This document shows, piece after piece, positions 13,345 through 26,790 of a DNA stretch of 64,000 nt. The notes under the pieces were generated by a model. It was not told where the DNA came from. It saw nothing but the letters and a program-made list of their open reading frames with translations, and searched no databases. Each line of letters begins with the position of its first letter. Position 1 is the stretch's first letter. This stretch comes from Octopus sinensis (taxonomy: Eukaryota), in the NCBI RefSeq assembly GCF_006345805.1, contig NC_043010.1:19902001-19966000 (forward strand), given 5' to 3'. The position numbers and the translations under genes are program-made.

Positions 13345-15113
13345 CTTTTATAAACAAACTTTGGAAGCGTTAGATGTGATTGGTATTTTGTAGACAAGAA
13401 AGAATAAATTTCAGACACAATAAAACTGTAAAAACAGCCAAGATTGGGTATTTACCCCTTTTTCCATCTTATAAGGGTAAACACCCAGTCTTTCTTTGCT
13501 GTTTTTACACCTTTACTGCATTTGAAATTTATTTCCCTGTATGCAATATATATGTGTGTGTACTCAGCCAGTCGCATTAACCCTTCCGTTATTGTATTTA
13601 TTTTGAGATGTTCTGTGTTTCTTTCAATTACTTTAAATATAACAAAGAATTTAGTAAAATAACTTATCATTCAGCTAGTGTTAGGAACATAAATTGTGAC
13701 TAAGGTTTGGTGGAAGATTTTAATTCAAAACTTATGCAAACAAGACTTTTGTATTGAGAGCCAGAGCTGGTTTCAGCTGGGTTGGTAACAAAAGGGTTAA
13801 AGTCTGTATGACAAAAGGTTTTGGTTTTAATGTCTCGATTATTGCTGGGAGTAAAAACAGGTGTTAGACATTCTAATGGATCTTTCTTTTCCATGCAGAA
13901 TATTTCTTGTTGATGTAAGTCATTAATGGAATGGAGCAAAAAGCTTTAACTCAATACTTTATGTATTTGTTGTTCCTATCATTTCATTGAAGAACCACAA
14001 TGGTTATATAGCAACTACCCACCCCTCCACACTGTTCTTTACAATTCCATTGAAGTCTGCAATGTATTTGGAGTTGGTAGCAGAGGACAAACAAGTAATG
14101 GGGTTCTGTAGTCTGGTTTTGCTTCTCCACATTAACATACAGCTGGACCGGTCCTGTAATCCCTATCTAACCTAAAACAGTTTTAGCTCACCTTATTACT
14201 TGTTCTGATGTGGTCCAGTGTCTTCCATTGAACCAACTTTTACATCCAAAGTTGGAACCTAGTCTCCTGAAATGTTAGGGGCTCAGTATTAGTGAGGAAT
14301 CTTGTTGATTTTAGTCCTTGGCCCCAGGGCTGATGTCCATGGAGAAGGCGGTCATCCTAACTTGACTGGCAACTCTGATATTTGCAGGGATAATGCCAGT
14401 ACAAAGGTAAAGGCAGTTAGTGTGGATGGGTTTCAATAAAAAATGATCACATATTGTTCAACACTGTCAAGACAGGATACCTTTCTTCACATTGTTACCA
14501 TTATTTAACTGTGGGTCAGCTCCACAGCCAAAATTGATCCAGTTTTGAACGTCTCATCTACTTTACAATGTTAATGTTTTTGTCAAAATTATTCAATATG
14601 AGTTTTCTGCTATTTTAACCCTTTAGCATTTAAACTGGCAATAATCCAGCCAAAATATCGTTTTATGTTCAAACTGACCAGATCTAGCCTCTCACACCTA
14701 CTCTACAATGTCATTCTAAGAATATACATCCAATCACATCATGGAAATGTCAACCCATGAAATAAAACATGATTAATTCAAAACTATGTGAATAAATAAA
14801 ATACATTTGAGACAACAATCTGAATGCTACAGGGTTAAAGATAGTAGCGAATAATTTAAGGGGGAATTGGCTGCTATTATTAAGAGATTGAGCAACTTTG
14901 TAGAGAGGCTTCTGACATTGTAGAACATTTTTTTTAGCACAAAATTTACTGACTGTAGCTCTGCTGTGTTTTGTATTAAATCATCTAGAAATAGCCAGAC
15001 TGTTTTTTTTTTCTTTCTCTTTTCCATAGATTCATGCCTGGAGACGTACTGGGAAGAGAGGCAATCACAGAAACATCATACTCTTGGAAGAGGTTGAAAT
15101 AGCAACAGAATAA
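11324..15113 (+). CDS. Putative last four coding exons of an unidentified gene (11324-11379, 13394-13447, 13899-13914, 15030-15113)
   Basis: AG/GT boundaries give compatible phases (2, 2, 0) and the stop-free peptide CNNNGGNHEDYEALLRSVIQERINFRHNKTVKTAKIGIFLVDIHAWRRTGKRGNHRNIILLEEVEIATE*. The acceptors at 13898 and 15029 and the GTAAGT donor at 13915 are strong. ATTAAA at 15228. No homology recognised. Confidence 0.4.
11490..12113 (-). mobile_element. Two tandem copies of a tRNA-derived SINE (OR-like)
   Basis: Minus-strand head GGAGGTGCAATGGCCCAGTGGTTAGGGCAGCGGAC...GGTTTCAATTCCCAGACC. Copies at about 11490-11785 and 11825-12113, with others at about 15830-16120, 37505-37703 and 40900-41183. 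Confidence 0.75.
12420..13315 (+). mobile_element. RTE-clade LINE 3' fragment
   Basis: ORF 12566-12829 (LRWYGHVLQMDEERCVK...GRPRKTWDEVVKHDLRTLGL...DRDLWR) is an RTE RT C-terminus, followed by the 3' module and a (GAT)n tail. Confidence 0.8.
13581..13796. mobile_element. piggyBac-type MITE with TTAA TSD
   Basis: TTAA-CCCTT...AAGGG-TTAA; partial second copy at about 20432-20557. Confidence 0.7.
14619..14834. mobile_element. piggyBac-type MITE, family shared with 43523-43741
   Basis: TTAA-CCCTTTAGCAT...ATGCTACAGGG-TTAA. Confidence 0.7.
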
Positions 15114-15345
15114 GCTAAGATTGGAAACATCAGTCACACATATTTTAGAAAGGATAATATTGATTCAAATGGAACCTTTTTTTGGAGACAGTTAACCTCC
15201 TGATCTCTATTTTATTTTGCAAACAGCATTAAATACAAGTTTCCAGTAGCAAAATTGGCAAAAGATTGTCTATGATAATTAATGGGGAGGAATATTTAAA
15301 GCATTCAGTTTATTGCCAATATATATAAATACATACATACATATA

Positions 15346-15740
15346 TATTTCTTTACTACCCACAAGGGGCTAAACATAGAGGGGACAAACAAAGGGATTA
15401 AGTTGATTATATGGACCCCAGTGTGAAACTGGTATTTTATTTATCGACCCTGAAAGGATGAAAGGCAAAGTCGACCTTGGCGGAATTTGAACTCAGAACA
15501 TAACAGCATACAAAATACCTATTTCTTTACAACCCAAAAGGGGCTAAACATAGAGAGGGCAAACAAGGACAGACAAAGGGATTAAGTCGATTACATCGAC
15601 CCCAGTGTGAAGCTGGTACTTCATTTATCGACCCCAAAAGGATGAAACGCAAAGTTGACCTCGGCGGAATTTGAACGTAACGGCAGACGAAATACAGCTA
15701 TGCATTTCACTCGGCGTGCTAATGTTTCTGCCAGCTCGCC
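15346..15740 (-). mobile_element. Tandem SINE dimer (tRNA head, Meta-like core, Tx1-like 3' tail)
   Basis: Full copy 15740-15515 followed by a 5'-truncated copy 15514-15346. Core GACTTTGCCTTTCATCCTTTC(A/G)GGGTCGATAAA, tail TTAGCCCCTTGTGGGTAGTAAAGAAATA. Confidence 0.75.
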
Positions 15741-17180
15741 ATATATATATATATATAACAGGCTTCTACAAAATTTCCATCAACCAAATTCTTCTGAGGA
15801 AGGATTCATCAACAGAAGTATATGATAGTCAATGATTGTTTGTTTGTTTGTTCCTTCTCAAGCCATGCCTGGCTCATAAGGGCCGGTTCCCCACCTGGAT
15901 GGGATGCCGGTCTGTCACAAGTGAGCTGCAAGATGTAGGAGGAAAGAATGAGAGAAAGTTGTGGCGAAAGAGTCAGCAGAAGTTTGCCATTACCTCCTGC
16001 CGGAGCCACGTGGAGCTTAGGTGGTTTGCTCATAAATACACGCATCACCTGGTTTGCAATTCAAACCCGCGATTCTTCAACCGCGAGTCCGCTGCTCTAA
16101 CAACTAAGCCATGTACCTCCACTGTGAATGATTACCCTTGGTTCTAAATTATAGTCACACCCAAGTGACTAATTTAACATGGCCATGAACAGTTGGCTGG
16201 ATCATTAGAAAAGATCATTTTGGTCTGCTGTTTAAAGGATAAACAATTCATAACACCATTTGGGCTGATGCTGGAAGATTACATTTACTTATTTATAGAT
16301 AGGCACCATGAGGAAGTTGTCAATTGTAAACTGTGACAAGACTGTGTAGCTTTGGCACCATGTAGTGCTGAGTTTGAGGAAAGGATGGTTATAAGAACAG
16401 GCTATGTTGGTAGTTAATAAAAATCACCGAAACAGAAAGATACTGGAATTACTTAAGATCTTATGACTGAAGGAATTACTAATTCATGTGAAGTGGTTCT
16501 GAAATTCCCTTTTACTATCTTCTGTAATACTGTGTCTGATTTCCCACATCATCAGCATTTAACGTCTGTTCTCTATGCTGGCAGGAGCCGTACCATGCCC
16601 CATAGTCTGTTTTAGCATGGTTCTATGGCTTGATGCCTTGCCTAAAAACTAACCACTTTAGAGTACATTAAGTACCTTTTTATGTGCTACCATGCTTTCA
16701 AATAATCCTTTCTACTATAAACACAAGGCCTGAAATTTTTGGGGGAGGAATAAGTCGATTACATCAACCCCAGTATTCAACTGGTACTTATTTTATTGAC
16801 CCTGAGAGAATGAAAGATGAAGTCAACCTCAGCAGCATTTGAACTCAGAACATGAAAACGGATGAAATGCTGCAAAGCATTTCACCTGGCATGCTAACGA
16901 TTCTGTCAGCTTGCAGCCTTCTCCATACTTTCAAATAATGAGAACAGGTTGTTAAATACACAGAACTAGAAGTGAGAGCTTGTATGGGTTATCCTCCTCC
17001 AATAACTATCTTCAGCTGGATATACAGAGTTAACTAGCCAGCACTTTAACACTAATGCCTATGTTTCAACAGAGTTAATATGTCTCCTTTGGGTACCCCA
17101 AACCAGCATAATATACCAATATATAAATAATTTATTTTTGAGTTTCCAGGGAAACAACTGCAGAGTGTACATTAATTGAA

Positions 17181-17390
17181 GGCGGTGAGCTGGCAGAATT
17201 GTTAGCATGCCGGGCAAAATGCTTACCGGTATTTCGCTTGCCGTTACGTTCTGAGTTCAAATTCTGCCAAGGTTGACTTTGCCTTTCATCCTTTCGGGGT
17301 TGATAAATTAAGGACGCACTCGAGTCGATATAATCGACTTAATCCGTCTGTCTGTCCTTGTTTAGCCCCTTGTGGGTAGTAAAGAAATAG
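17181..17390 (+). mobile_element. SINE with Meta-like core and Tx1-like 3' tail
   Basis: GGCGGTGAGCTGGCAGAATTGTTAGC...GTTCAAATTC...GCCTTTCATCCTTTCGGGG...TTAGCCCCTTGTGGGTAGTAAAGAAATAG. Copies with the same core but a different tail at about 16745-16925 (-) and 36225-36420 (+). Confidence 0.75.
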
Positions 17391-17918
17391 ATATATTGTT
17401 TTAGAAACCATAATTCAGGACAGCTACTGTGCTTTTGTTCACTGGGATCGTGGGTTCAAAACCAGTCAAATGCTTCTGCTATGAAAATAAGGACGCAGAG
17501 CAAAATATTAAAATTTTTGGAAATTTTACTGAAGTCATGCAGTAGTAGAATATTATAGATAGAAAGAAATAATCCTTTCTGTTGTAGGTGCAATGCCTGA
17601 AATTTTTATTGGAAGGGGTTAGTTGATGACATCAGCCCCAGGGCTCTCAATTCACCCTGAACAGATGAAAAGCTAAGTTGACCATGGCAGTATTTGAATC
17701 GAGAATGCAAAGACAAAGTGTTGCCAAGCATTTTCTTCTACATGCTAACAATTCTGCCAGCTCTCTACCTTTGCCACGTGAAGACACGACTAGTGTATAA
17801 AAAAAAAATATATATAAATTTTTGAAGGGGCTCTTCCCTCAGTGGTATGTGGTGTTAACATAAAGTAAAGATGTCAAATACTTGAGAAAAAATAGAATTT
17901 CATAAGAAACTATATATA

Positions 17919-18297
17919 GGAGTGGCTGTGTGGTAAGTAGCTTGCTTACAAACTACATGGTTCTGGGTTCAGTCGTACTACGTGGCACCTTGCGCAAGTG
18001 TCTACTATAGCCTCGGGCCAACCAAAGCCTTGTGAGTGAATTTGGTAGACGGAAACTGAAAGAAGCCCGTCGTATATATGTATATATATATATATATGTA
18101 TGTATGTGTTAGTCACCACCACCATCGCTTGACAACCAATGCTGGTGTGTTTATGTCGCCGTAACTTAATGGTTCGGCAAAAAGAGACCGATAGAATAAG
18201 TACCGGGCTTACAAAGAATAAGTCCTGGGGTCGATTTGCTTGACTGAAGGCGGTGCTCCAGCATGGCTGCAGTCAAATGACTGAAACAAGTAAAAGT
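17919..18297 (+). mobile_element. tRNA-derived SINE with internal (TA)n
   Basis: GGAGTGGCTGTGTGGTAAGTAGC head, core GCCTTGTGAGTGAATTTGGTAGACGGAAACTG, tail GCAGTCAAATGACTGAAACAAGTAAAAG. Related copies at about 23175-23520 and 32620-32970 (-). Confidence 0.7.
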
Positions 18298-21009
18298 GTA
18301 ATCATATAATTTACGTGTTAGTGCCAGTTGAAAAGATTTTATGTAAACTAGAAGTAGTGTTTGTCAGAAAGAAACAATAATTTAGCAAACTGCATGTGTA
18401 ATGTCCAAGCCATGTAAAACCTTCAGCAAGACCATTAAGTGCTTAATGAAAAGTATACAATGTACAGGTAAGCTATGAAACCATATATGCTAAGCTAGAG
18501 TATTCTTGTGTCTTAAGTAAATGACTACTTCTATTAGCCAAGAGCATCGTCAGCAGAATAATTAGCATTATACAAGGGAGATAACTGCACAATCGAGGCT
18601 GTGACAACTAGCGTCATTGTTTAACGTCTGTTGTCCATGCTGGAATGGGGCTGGACGGTTCGACAAGGGCTGGCCAGCTGGAAGGCTGTACCAGACTCTA
18701 GTCTGATTTGGCATGGTTTCTATAGCTGGATGCCCTTCCTAACGCCAACCACTCAGTGTAATGGATGCCATCAGTATCTGCCAAGACTGCAATTTTACTT
18801 GGCATGATGGGTCTTCTCAAGCATGACATAATGCCAAAGGTCTCGGTCATTGCCTCTGTGAGGCCCAACGTTACAAAGGAGCCTTTCACATGCTATTTTG
18901 CCTCCACGAGGCCCAATGCACAAAAGATTCTTTTTATGTCACCAGCATTGGCCATGACTACGATTTGACTTGGCTTGATGGGTCTTCTCATGCACAGCGT
19001 ATCACCATTGGTCTCAGTCACTAGTCATTGCCTCTCTGAGACCCAAGGTTTGAAGATCATGCTTCACCACCTTGTCCCATCGTGGGTTTACCTCTACCAC
19101 TTCTTGACACAGTTGCCTTTATCCATATGCTTCACTTATGGTTTTAAGTTGGAAGTATTAAATAACAAAAATAAGTTTGTATGGATTTTGGCAAAAGAGA
19201 AATATTAACTTCCTGCTCAAATATAGTATCATTCGAAATACGGACATTTGGGTTAGAGTGCTGGCTGGCCAACTCAATATTGAGGATCGGTATTTGGGAA
19301 AGAACATTCCAATTTTGTACTTCAATACCTTGCTCTCAATGACTTCATCCTTATGTGCTAATTTTCAGGTGTCTATCAGCACACTCTTTTTGAATTGCAG
19401 GCTATTTTTCTGTAACTCTGTAAGGCACCCTTCTGAAATGCCTAGAGTTCAAAAGCTACAATAACATTATGCTAAGAAACAGAACATATTGCTCAGAAGT
19501 GATTAGCAATATTTGTGTCTAACGATGCAACCCTTGAAGCAGGACAATGCAAGAGAAAAGCCTCCATTATTGATAATGAACAATTACATATATTGCTGTA
19601 GAAAATAATTCTTAAATAACAAGCCAAAGATTTTCACCGGTTCCATTGCATAGTACCTTGGAGAAATGTCTTCTACTATAGCCTTGGACCAACCAAATCC
19701 TTGTTAATGGATTTGGCAGATGGAAGCTAGTTACATATGGTCCTGCTCCCCAGCATCATTTGACAACTGGTGTTGGCATGTTTACATCTATATAACTTAG
19801 CAATTTGGCAACAGAGACCAATAGAATAAGTACAAGGCAGTGACTTGGTCTAATGACTAAAATGAGTAAAAGGCGAAAGATGAGTTCCCTACATTACCTC
19901 AAATGTTTGTAGCATCAAGGGGCTAAGTGAATGGGTCCATGTTAATCTCCAGATGACTATAAACTACAAAGATTATCAATCTATTCTACACTTCATGCAA
20001 AAACAGAATCGTTTACCTGCAATGAAAATGGATCTTTTGCCTTCAAGAAGAAAAGTTTCAACAGGCCGTTACCAAATGATCTAGTGCTAATTGGCATTGG
20101 CCACCAGGAGTTTCTCCTGACAAGTTGAATAACGACAGGACAGAAATCTACTAAACACATCCAAAGTGCTTACAGATTCAGAAGTGTTATTCCTACTTTG
20201 AGTTTTAGAATGGCAAATACTCAATGTCACTATATTCTCCAAGCAATCATAAGTAAAAAAAAAAAAAAAAAAAAAAAATGGTGATATAAAACATTGACTG
20301 GAGAGATAGTGGTTAAGCATTTGCTTCTGAAGACACTTTATGAAAGCAGGATGAACAAACTTGTAACTTACTGGTAAAACAAGTACCCATCAAACTTTGA
20401 GCCCCATAGAGGCAGCAACGACTGACACCTTTAACCCTTTCATTACTGTATTTATTTTGAGATGCTCTGTGTTTCTTTCAATTACTTTAAATATAACAAA
20501 GAATTTAGTTAAAAAACTTAAGTTATCATTCAGCTAGGGTTAGGAACATAAATTGTGACAAGCACTCACTACACTCTTGGAGAGGTTGGCATTAGGAAGG
20601 GCATCCAGCTGTAGAAACACTGCCAGATCAGACTGGAACCTGGTGTAGCTCCCCAGTTTTCAGTGAAATGGTCCAACCCATGCCAGCATGGGAAACATGC
20701 TGAATGATAATTTAACCCATTAGCATTCAGATTACTCTGAGGCCTGATCTGGCCAGTTTGAACATAAAGCAAGTAGAATATTTGGGCTGGTTTAAACATT
20801 TCTGAAGAAAAACGCTAAGTCTCGACAGAAAATGTCTGAATTGAAATGCTAACTTGTATTTCATTTCATGGAATATAACATAACCTTACAGTGATGTTCT
20901 AAGTCTGACATACCTTGGGGGGAACTAAACAGAGACCAACATATAAGCCTACCTTATGCAAAAATGTAAATATTAAGGAAGCCGACGACTGAACAATACC
21001 TTGTATTTC

Positions 21010-21510
21010 TGCTTCAGATATCTTCTCTCTCAAGTGACTCCATCTTATTACCATTTCATCCCATCATTGTCAACAATGACCAAGGACAACACACGGTGTG
21101 TTCAATCAGTCCCATTTAGGCTCAGAAGGCCCCGGAATTGTGTAGTTTGCATTTTCTTTGTGCCCTTGCAACTGTTGTGATTTTGAGGAGGAATAGGCAC
21201 CTTTGTTGGTGCAGCATCACCAAGCAGGGTGGTCATGTGCTTGCATTTCCCAGGTGTCAGTGTTGATCTTAAAGATCTTCAGCCAACTTGTCCTTATTAA
21301 GCTGGCATTTGGATTACATTCCAAGGCTTTTAGATCAGTTTATATCAAAATTGTCAAGGGCCCAACAACAGGATCTACAGCTAGGCAAATATTATCTAAG
21401 AGTGTAAGATTACATCATCCAGTGGCCTCCAGCAAGTTTGAATGCTACTGCCTCGGCTTAGTAGTCCAAGCAATGATCAGAAAGAGGACCCCAACACTGA
21501 AGGCTCTTTA
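21010..21510 (-). mobile_element. Old RTE/BovB-like LINE 3' relic
   Basis: Minus-strand decayed frame includes TDLKALECNPN and KHMTTLLGDAAPTKVP, resembling RTE C-termini; many stops. Confidence 0.4.
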
Positions 21511-22151
21511 GAATTTACAAGCAATGTGCCTTAGAATGTCAAAGAAAAATACTGTACAAAGTGTGGTACAAAATGTGAAAAGGCATGTAAAAAGCAGCAT
21601 CCGAACGTGGCTGATGCCAGTACCCCGATAGGTACCGGCTCTCAATCCAGCGGCACGTAAAAAGCACCCACTACACTGAGTGGTTGGCATCCAGCCGTAG
21701 AAATATTGCCAGATCAGATTGAAGCCTGATGCAGCTGCTGGCTTTTAAACCGTCCAATCCATGCCAGCATGGAAAACAGACAAACAATGATGAAGGAAGT
21801 AAAGTGTTGTGTTTTCTACTATGGCCCCGAGTTGATTCGTTAGATGAAAACTGAAAGAAGCCTGTCACACATAGATGTAATAGTATCACTTTGGCTTGAC
21901 CATTGCATGAGAGTTGTAAATGAGTGTCACACAAGCAGTGTCCATCAGAAAATAATAGCCTACCTGGAAACAGGAAGGGCATCCAGCCATATAAAAATCT
22001 ACTCCAAGTAACCATGGAAAAAGGGACAATAAAAAAACCCAACCATTCACAATACACAACAGAAAACTATTATACACTTAAAAAAAAACAAATTTTAAGA
22101 GAGATTAAAGTTCAAATATGTATTTTATTTTTAAACTGCCAGGGAAAATAC

Positions 22152-22274
22152 CTAGGAGGTTTCCATAATGGACTCTTCAGTATGTTTACCCTTGTCGGCA
22201 GCAACACGGTTACGACTCCTTCGGTCCAAGATGCGTTTCCTATCTTTGTCCAATTTTAATTTCACAATGACAAC
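22152..22274 (-). CDS. RPL26: 60S ribosomal protein L26 (uL24), last coding exon
   Basis: Acceptor TTTTTTTCAG, then VVIVKLKLDKDRKRILDRRSRNRVAADKGKHTEESIMETS*. AATAAA at 22129-22124. Confidence 0.95.
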   Translation of the reverse strand, partial: VVIVKLKLDKDRKRILDRRSRNRVAADKGKHTEESIMETS

Positions 22275-25200
22275 CTGAAAAAAAGAAATCACAACATAAA
22301 AATAGCAGGATTCACAATGAAGTTGGTGTGTGGCACATATAGACGTAATGAAAGGCTTTCATTTAAATATGATGGTAAAAACAAATGCTGTGTTTCATCA
22401 TAAAACTAGAAGTAGGCTGAGAAAGGTTGGTAGATTTATGAAGTATGTTTATAACAGAACAGCTGTCAATGCATTGTGACAAACACTTTGCCAACATAGT
22501 GGAATCAAGAGATTCACAAACGCAGATCAACAGACCATGTAGGCGTCTTTCCAAGTGAGTGATATTGCCCCTCTAGAATGCTGGAATCTTATATAGGTCC
22601 TGGGGATAAGGTCAAGGCCTAGTAGCTATGATCACCAGATCATGGGTTTGATTCCCACAATGCACAACCCCCAGACCGGGGATAGCGCATTGTGTTTTTG
22701 AGCAAAACACTATTTCATTGTTGCTCCAGCCCATCCAGCTGTAAACAGATGCCAACCCTGTGACAGAGTAGCATTCTGACCAGGCTGAGTGCTTAGCCAG
22801 CAGGGTGGCATCATTTAAAAGCTAAAATGATGTGAAGTGCACTATGACTATGATGCACAACAACATCCAATTGTGTGGCCGCTTGCATGATCACAAGGGG
22901 ACCAGACCAGCAACTGAGCAATAGACACACCTGCAAAGTTTTGTCTCTTATTTGTGCCATGGAAGAAGGAAAGGCAAAATAAAAAAATAAAGAACCAGCC
23001 ACAATTGATGATGTCAAATTTGAAAGTAGAAAAACCAAATGAAATAGGCAAAAGCATAACCATGGGGGGAAACTGGATATTTTGATTTCCGATTTCGAAA
23101 GCAACAAGCCTAACAAGATGTCTGATAATGGAATTGATGAGTTTCTACAAGAAATAAAATGAAGGAAGGATTTCTCTTTGCCTGTTTGCAGTCACTGGAC
23201 TACAGCCATGGGGGGACACCACCTTAAAAGGGTTTAACCAAACAAAGCGAACCCACTACTTATTTTACTTTTAAGCCTGGTACATATTCTATTGGTCCCT
23301 GTTCGTGGAACTGCTAAGTGACAAGGACATAAACAAACCAACAACAGTTGTCAAGTGATGGTGAGAGACGAACACAGATACATAAATTTATGCACAATGA
23401 GTTTCTGCCTTCCGTAACCACTGACAAGGCTATGGTCAGCCAAGGACTTTAGCAGAAGACATTTGCCCAAGACGCCACACAGTGGGTCTGAACCAGGAAA
23501 CAAACCACACAGCCACAACCATGCCTATATAAAGTATTTTTCTCAAAAGATCTCCTGAAAGACAGTCTAGCAGTCTATTTGATGAACTGAAAGCAAAAGA
23601 ATACCCCCCCTCAATTATTCCAACATTAACTGTAGAAACAGACTCTTACAGTATATATACAGGAAAAGTTTCACATCTCTGAAATGCCTAGGGGAAACTT
23701 TAAAGAATCAATCAGGCATTATCTTATAGCCTCGAGATTTTAAAAATGTAATTAACTGTCCTGTTAAAAGCACCATTCAATCACTGAGTGATATGCTGTG
23801 CTTGTGAAGACCCGTTGAACTGAGCGAAATCATAGTTGTGGCTAATGCCAATACTGCCACCTGTGCTGGTGGCACGCAAAAAGCACCACTCACGCATTGG
23901 GCCACATACTGTGCATGTGTTGACCTGTCAAGCCAAGTGAAACTAGTTTTGGCCAATGCCAGTATTAAGTAAATGGCACCCATGCCCGTGGCACGAAAAA
24001 AGCATCCACTACTCTCAGAATGGTTGGCATCAAGCCACAGAAACCATGCCAAATCAGACTGGAACCTGGTGCAGGCCCTGCCAGCTTACCAATTTTCAGT
24101 CAAACTGTCCAACTCATGACAGCATGGAAAACAGATGCTGAATGATGATGATGATGTAATTGTTTATTTCAAGGATGACACTGTAGGGTAGGTGTGAGAG
24201 GCTAGATCTGGTTGGTTTGAATATAAAAACAAGATAGAATATTTGGGTCAGATCAAATTCTGAAGGGCTAATGAAAATCTGGTGATGTAAAAGGCCTGGG
24301 TGATTCTGACAGTGAGGCAAACTACAAAATAGGGGAAATTGAAAGTAAAGCAATTACTAGATCCCGCAGTGGACCTGGGAACTATGACTTCACCACAACC
24401 AAGGATGTATATTATTTCCTGAATACTTTCTTTTAGTACAGTCAAACTTATGGATTTACAAACTATTGCAACAGCGTGTGTGTTTGTGTGCTACAAGGAG
24501 AAAAAAAAAGAGCTGACCTGCCTGAGTCAGCACTTTTCTACTTGTAATCATACACACAAAAGATCGGAAAATTCAGCAGAAAGAAAATCTGTTAACAGAC
24601 AACATAGAGACAAGTGGCAAAATATTTTTCTATCCATCTGGGAACCTCACTTCAACATATATGGCTGGCATAGACTGGATGAATCAACGACAAAACAATT
24701 ATTCAGCAGTCCAGGTTAATAAATGGTGATGATACTTGGTTTGGTTCATAGTAAATATGGGTACCAAGATTGTTAAACGATGATGACCAAATTGGGGGCA
24801 GATGTAGCAATGTAACTGAAGGCAAACTATTCATGGGATCGGGGAGAGAAACCACTGGTGATTGCAGAAAACTTATGCCAGAAAAATCAATCACCCAGTG
24901 AATAGTCAACTGAAAAGTTTATCTCATGTACTTGCATTTATGTAAAGTGGGAGTGCCATATATTGTTATAATTGCAGATGCAATATTGAAAAGCTTCTTT
25001 TTGAACAATGTGGTCTCGGGTTCAGTCTCACCGTGTGGCACCTTGGTCAAGTGCATTTCACTACAGCCCTGGAACAACTAGGTTCTAAATAAATTACCTT
25101 GACCTGACATGTGCAGGTACATTAAAAATGGTGGGTGTGTTGAGAAAAAAGAAAATTGTGTCATCACTCTGTAGTGTACAATGCCTTTTAAACTTTTTCT

Positions 25201-25392
25201 TTTAGAACACACTTCTAATACCCTGCTTTCTATACATCCAGGACCACATATCAAAGACATTAAGGCATGATTTGAGGGAGAAATGCTGTTGTTCATACTA
25301 AGTTGAAGATGTAAGTCACTTTGCTGGCTTGTAATTCAACAGTTGAAATGACACTTTTTTGTACACAAACACACATTGGTTCTACAACTTAC

Positions 25393-25533
25393 ATTTGATG
25401 GATGAATACCGACATGAACTGATGTGCCATTAGCTTTCTCACGCTGGATTCTTTCAATGCAAATCACAAACTTTTTCCTGTAACATTGGACAACCTTCCC
25501 AACTTGTTGACCTTTGTAGTGACCGCGTACCAC
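25393..25533 (-). CDS. RPL26: 60S ribosomal protein L26, middle coding exon (141 bp)
   Basis: CCTAG acceptor, [53 protein letters not shown] donor; phase 0/0. Confidence 0.97.
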
Positions 25534-26622
25534 CTAGGAAATAAAAACAAACAAACAAACCCCATCAATATATGAAAAACATTGCACCCCTATTCAAGGT
25601 GCTGGAACAGTAAAAAAAAAAAAAAAAAAAAAAATTTGCTTTTATATGTAGGACCACTTCCCATATCCCCAATATTGCAGAGGTAGATATTCTCCAAAGA
25701 GGCACACGAACAGAAGTCATTGATACACATGTCGCCTTACTGGTACTCGAGCCCCATGCTAGTAGGGTATTAAGAGCACCACCCGAGCGTGATCATTGCC
25801 AGAGCGGCTATCTGGCCTCCGTGCCGGTGGCATGTAAAAAAACCATTCGAGCGTGATCGTTACCAGCATCGCCTTACTGGCACATGTGCCATGTGTAAAA
25901 GAATCGAGCAAGGTCGTTGCCAGTACCACGTAAAAAGCATCCACTACACTCTCAGAGTGGTTGGCGTTAGGAAGGGCATCCAGCTGTAGAAACTGCCAGA
26001 TCAAGATTGGAGCCTGGTGCAGCCATCTGGTTCGCCACCCTCAGTCATTCGTCCAACCCATGCTAGCATGGAAAGCGGACGTTAAACAATGATGATGATG
26101 AAGGCCAAAGCAGACCAAACTGGTGCTATGTAAAATGCTCCCAGTCCGCTTTGTAGAGTGGTTGGTATTAGGAAGGGTAGCCAGCTGCAGAAATCATGCC
26201 ACCAATGGGACTATGTCATCCTAAACAGAAATGCAAGGTTTGACAAAAAATCCACAGCCACACCACTGCAAATGTAACAAGCAATAAAGCATCCCAGTCT
26301 CCACTGTTACTGCACAGTCCTTTCTACTGAAGGCATGAAATTTTAGAAGGAGAGTCAATTACAGGCCCCAGTGCTGAACCGGAACCTACTCCATTGAACC
26401 TGAAAGACAAAGCCAAACCTGATGGAATTGGAGCACAGAACATCAAGACAGATGAAATGCTGCTAAGTATTGAGTAGAAATCATAAGATGATTGGGCGAG
26501 TTTCATGAAAAGTTTAACTGCTACAGCAAGTACCCTCAAAAATTCGATGTTAAGGTTAGAAGTTGCAAGCCACATTGACCTAGTCACAGCACACACAGAC
26601 AAAAAAAAAAGCATCAACAAAC

Positions 26623-26790
26623 CTGTACTTCATCATCTTTTCTAATTGGCATGTTACGGACATTATATTTCTGTCTAAGTTCCTTTGATAATGGAGATGT
26701 CATGAGTTTCCTCCTGATGTGAGAAGGGGCATTGAAGTGCCTCTTTCTGTTCTTTCTCCGTGAGGATGAGACAAGTTTGTTCAGCTTCAT
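26623..26790 (-). CDS. RPL26: 60S ribosomal protein L26, first coding exon (168 bp)
   Basis: [58 protein letters not shown] donor; acceptor CTCCAG 18 nt upstream of the ATG. Full protein 143 aa. Confidence 0.97.

Noticed and set aside
19177-20150. ORF-like stretches on both strands, including an in-frame TGA at 19367-19365 suggesting selenocysteine
   Set aside because: Mutually exclusive splice models on both strands, no recognisable homology and no SECIS identified.
26330-26580. Protein-like plus-strand fragment in RPL26 intron 2 (DDWASFMKSL...); a similar one lies at 22960-23160
   Set aside because: Interrupted by stops, with no splice context or recognisable family; probably old TE debris.
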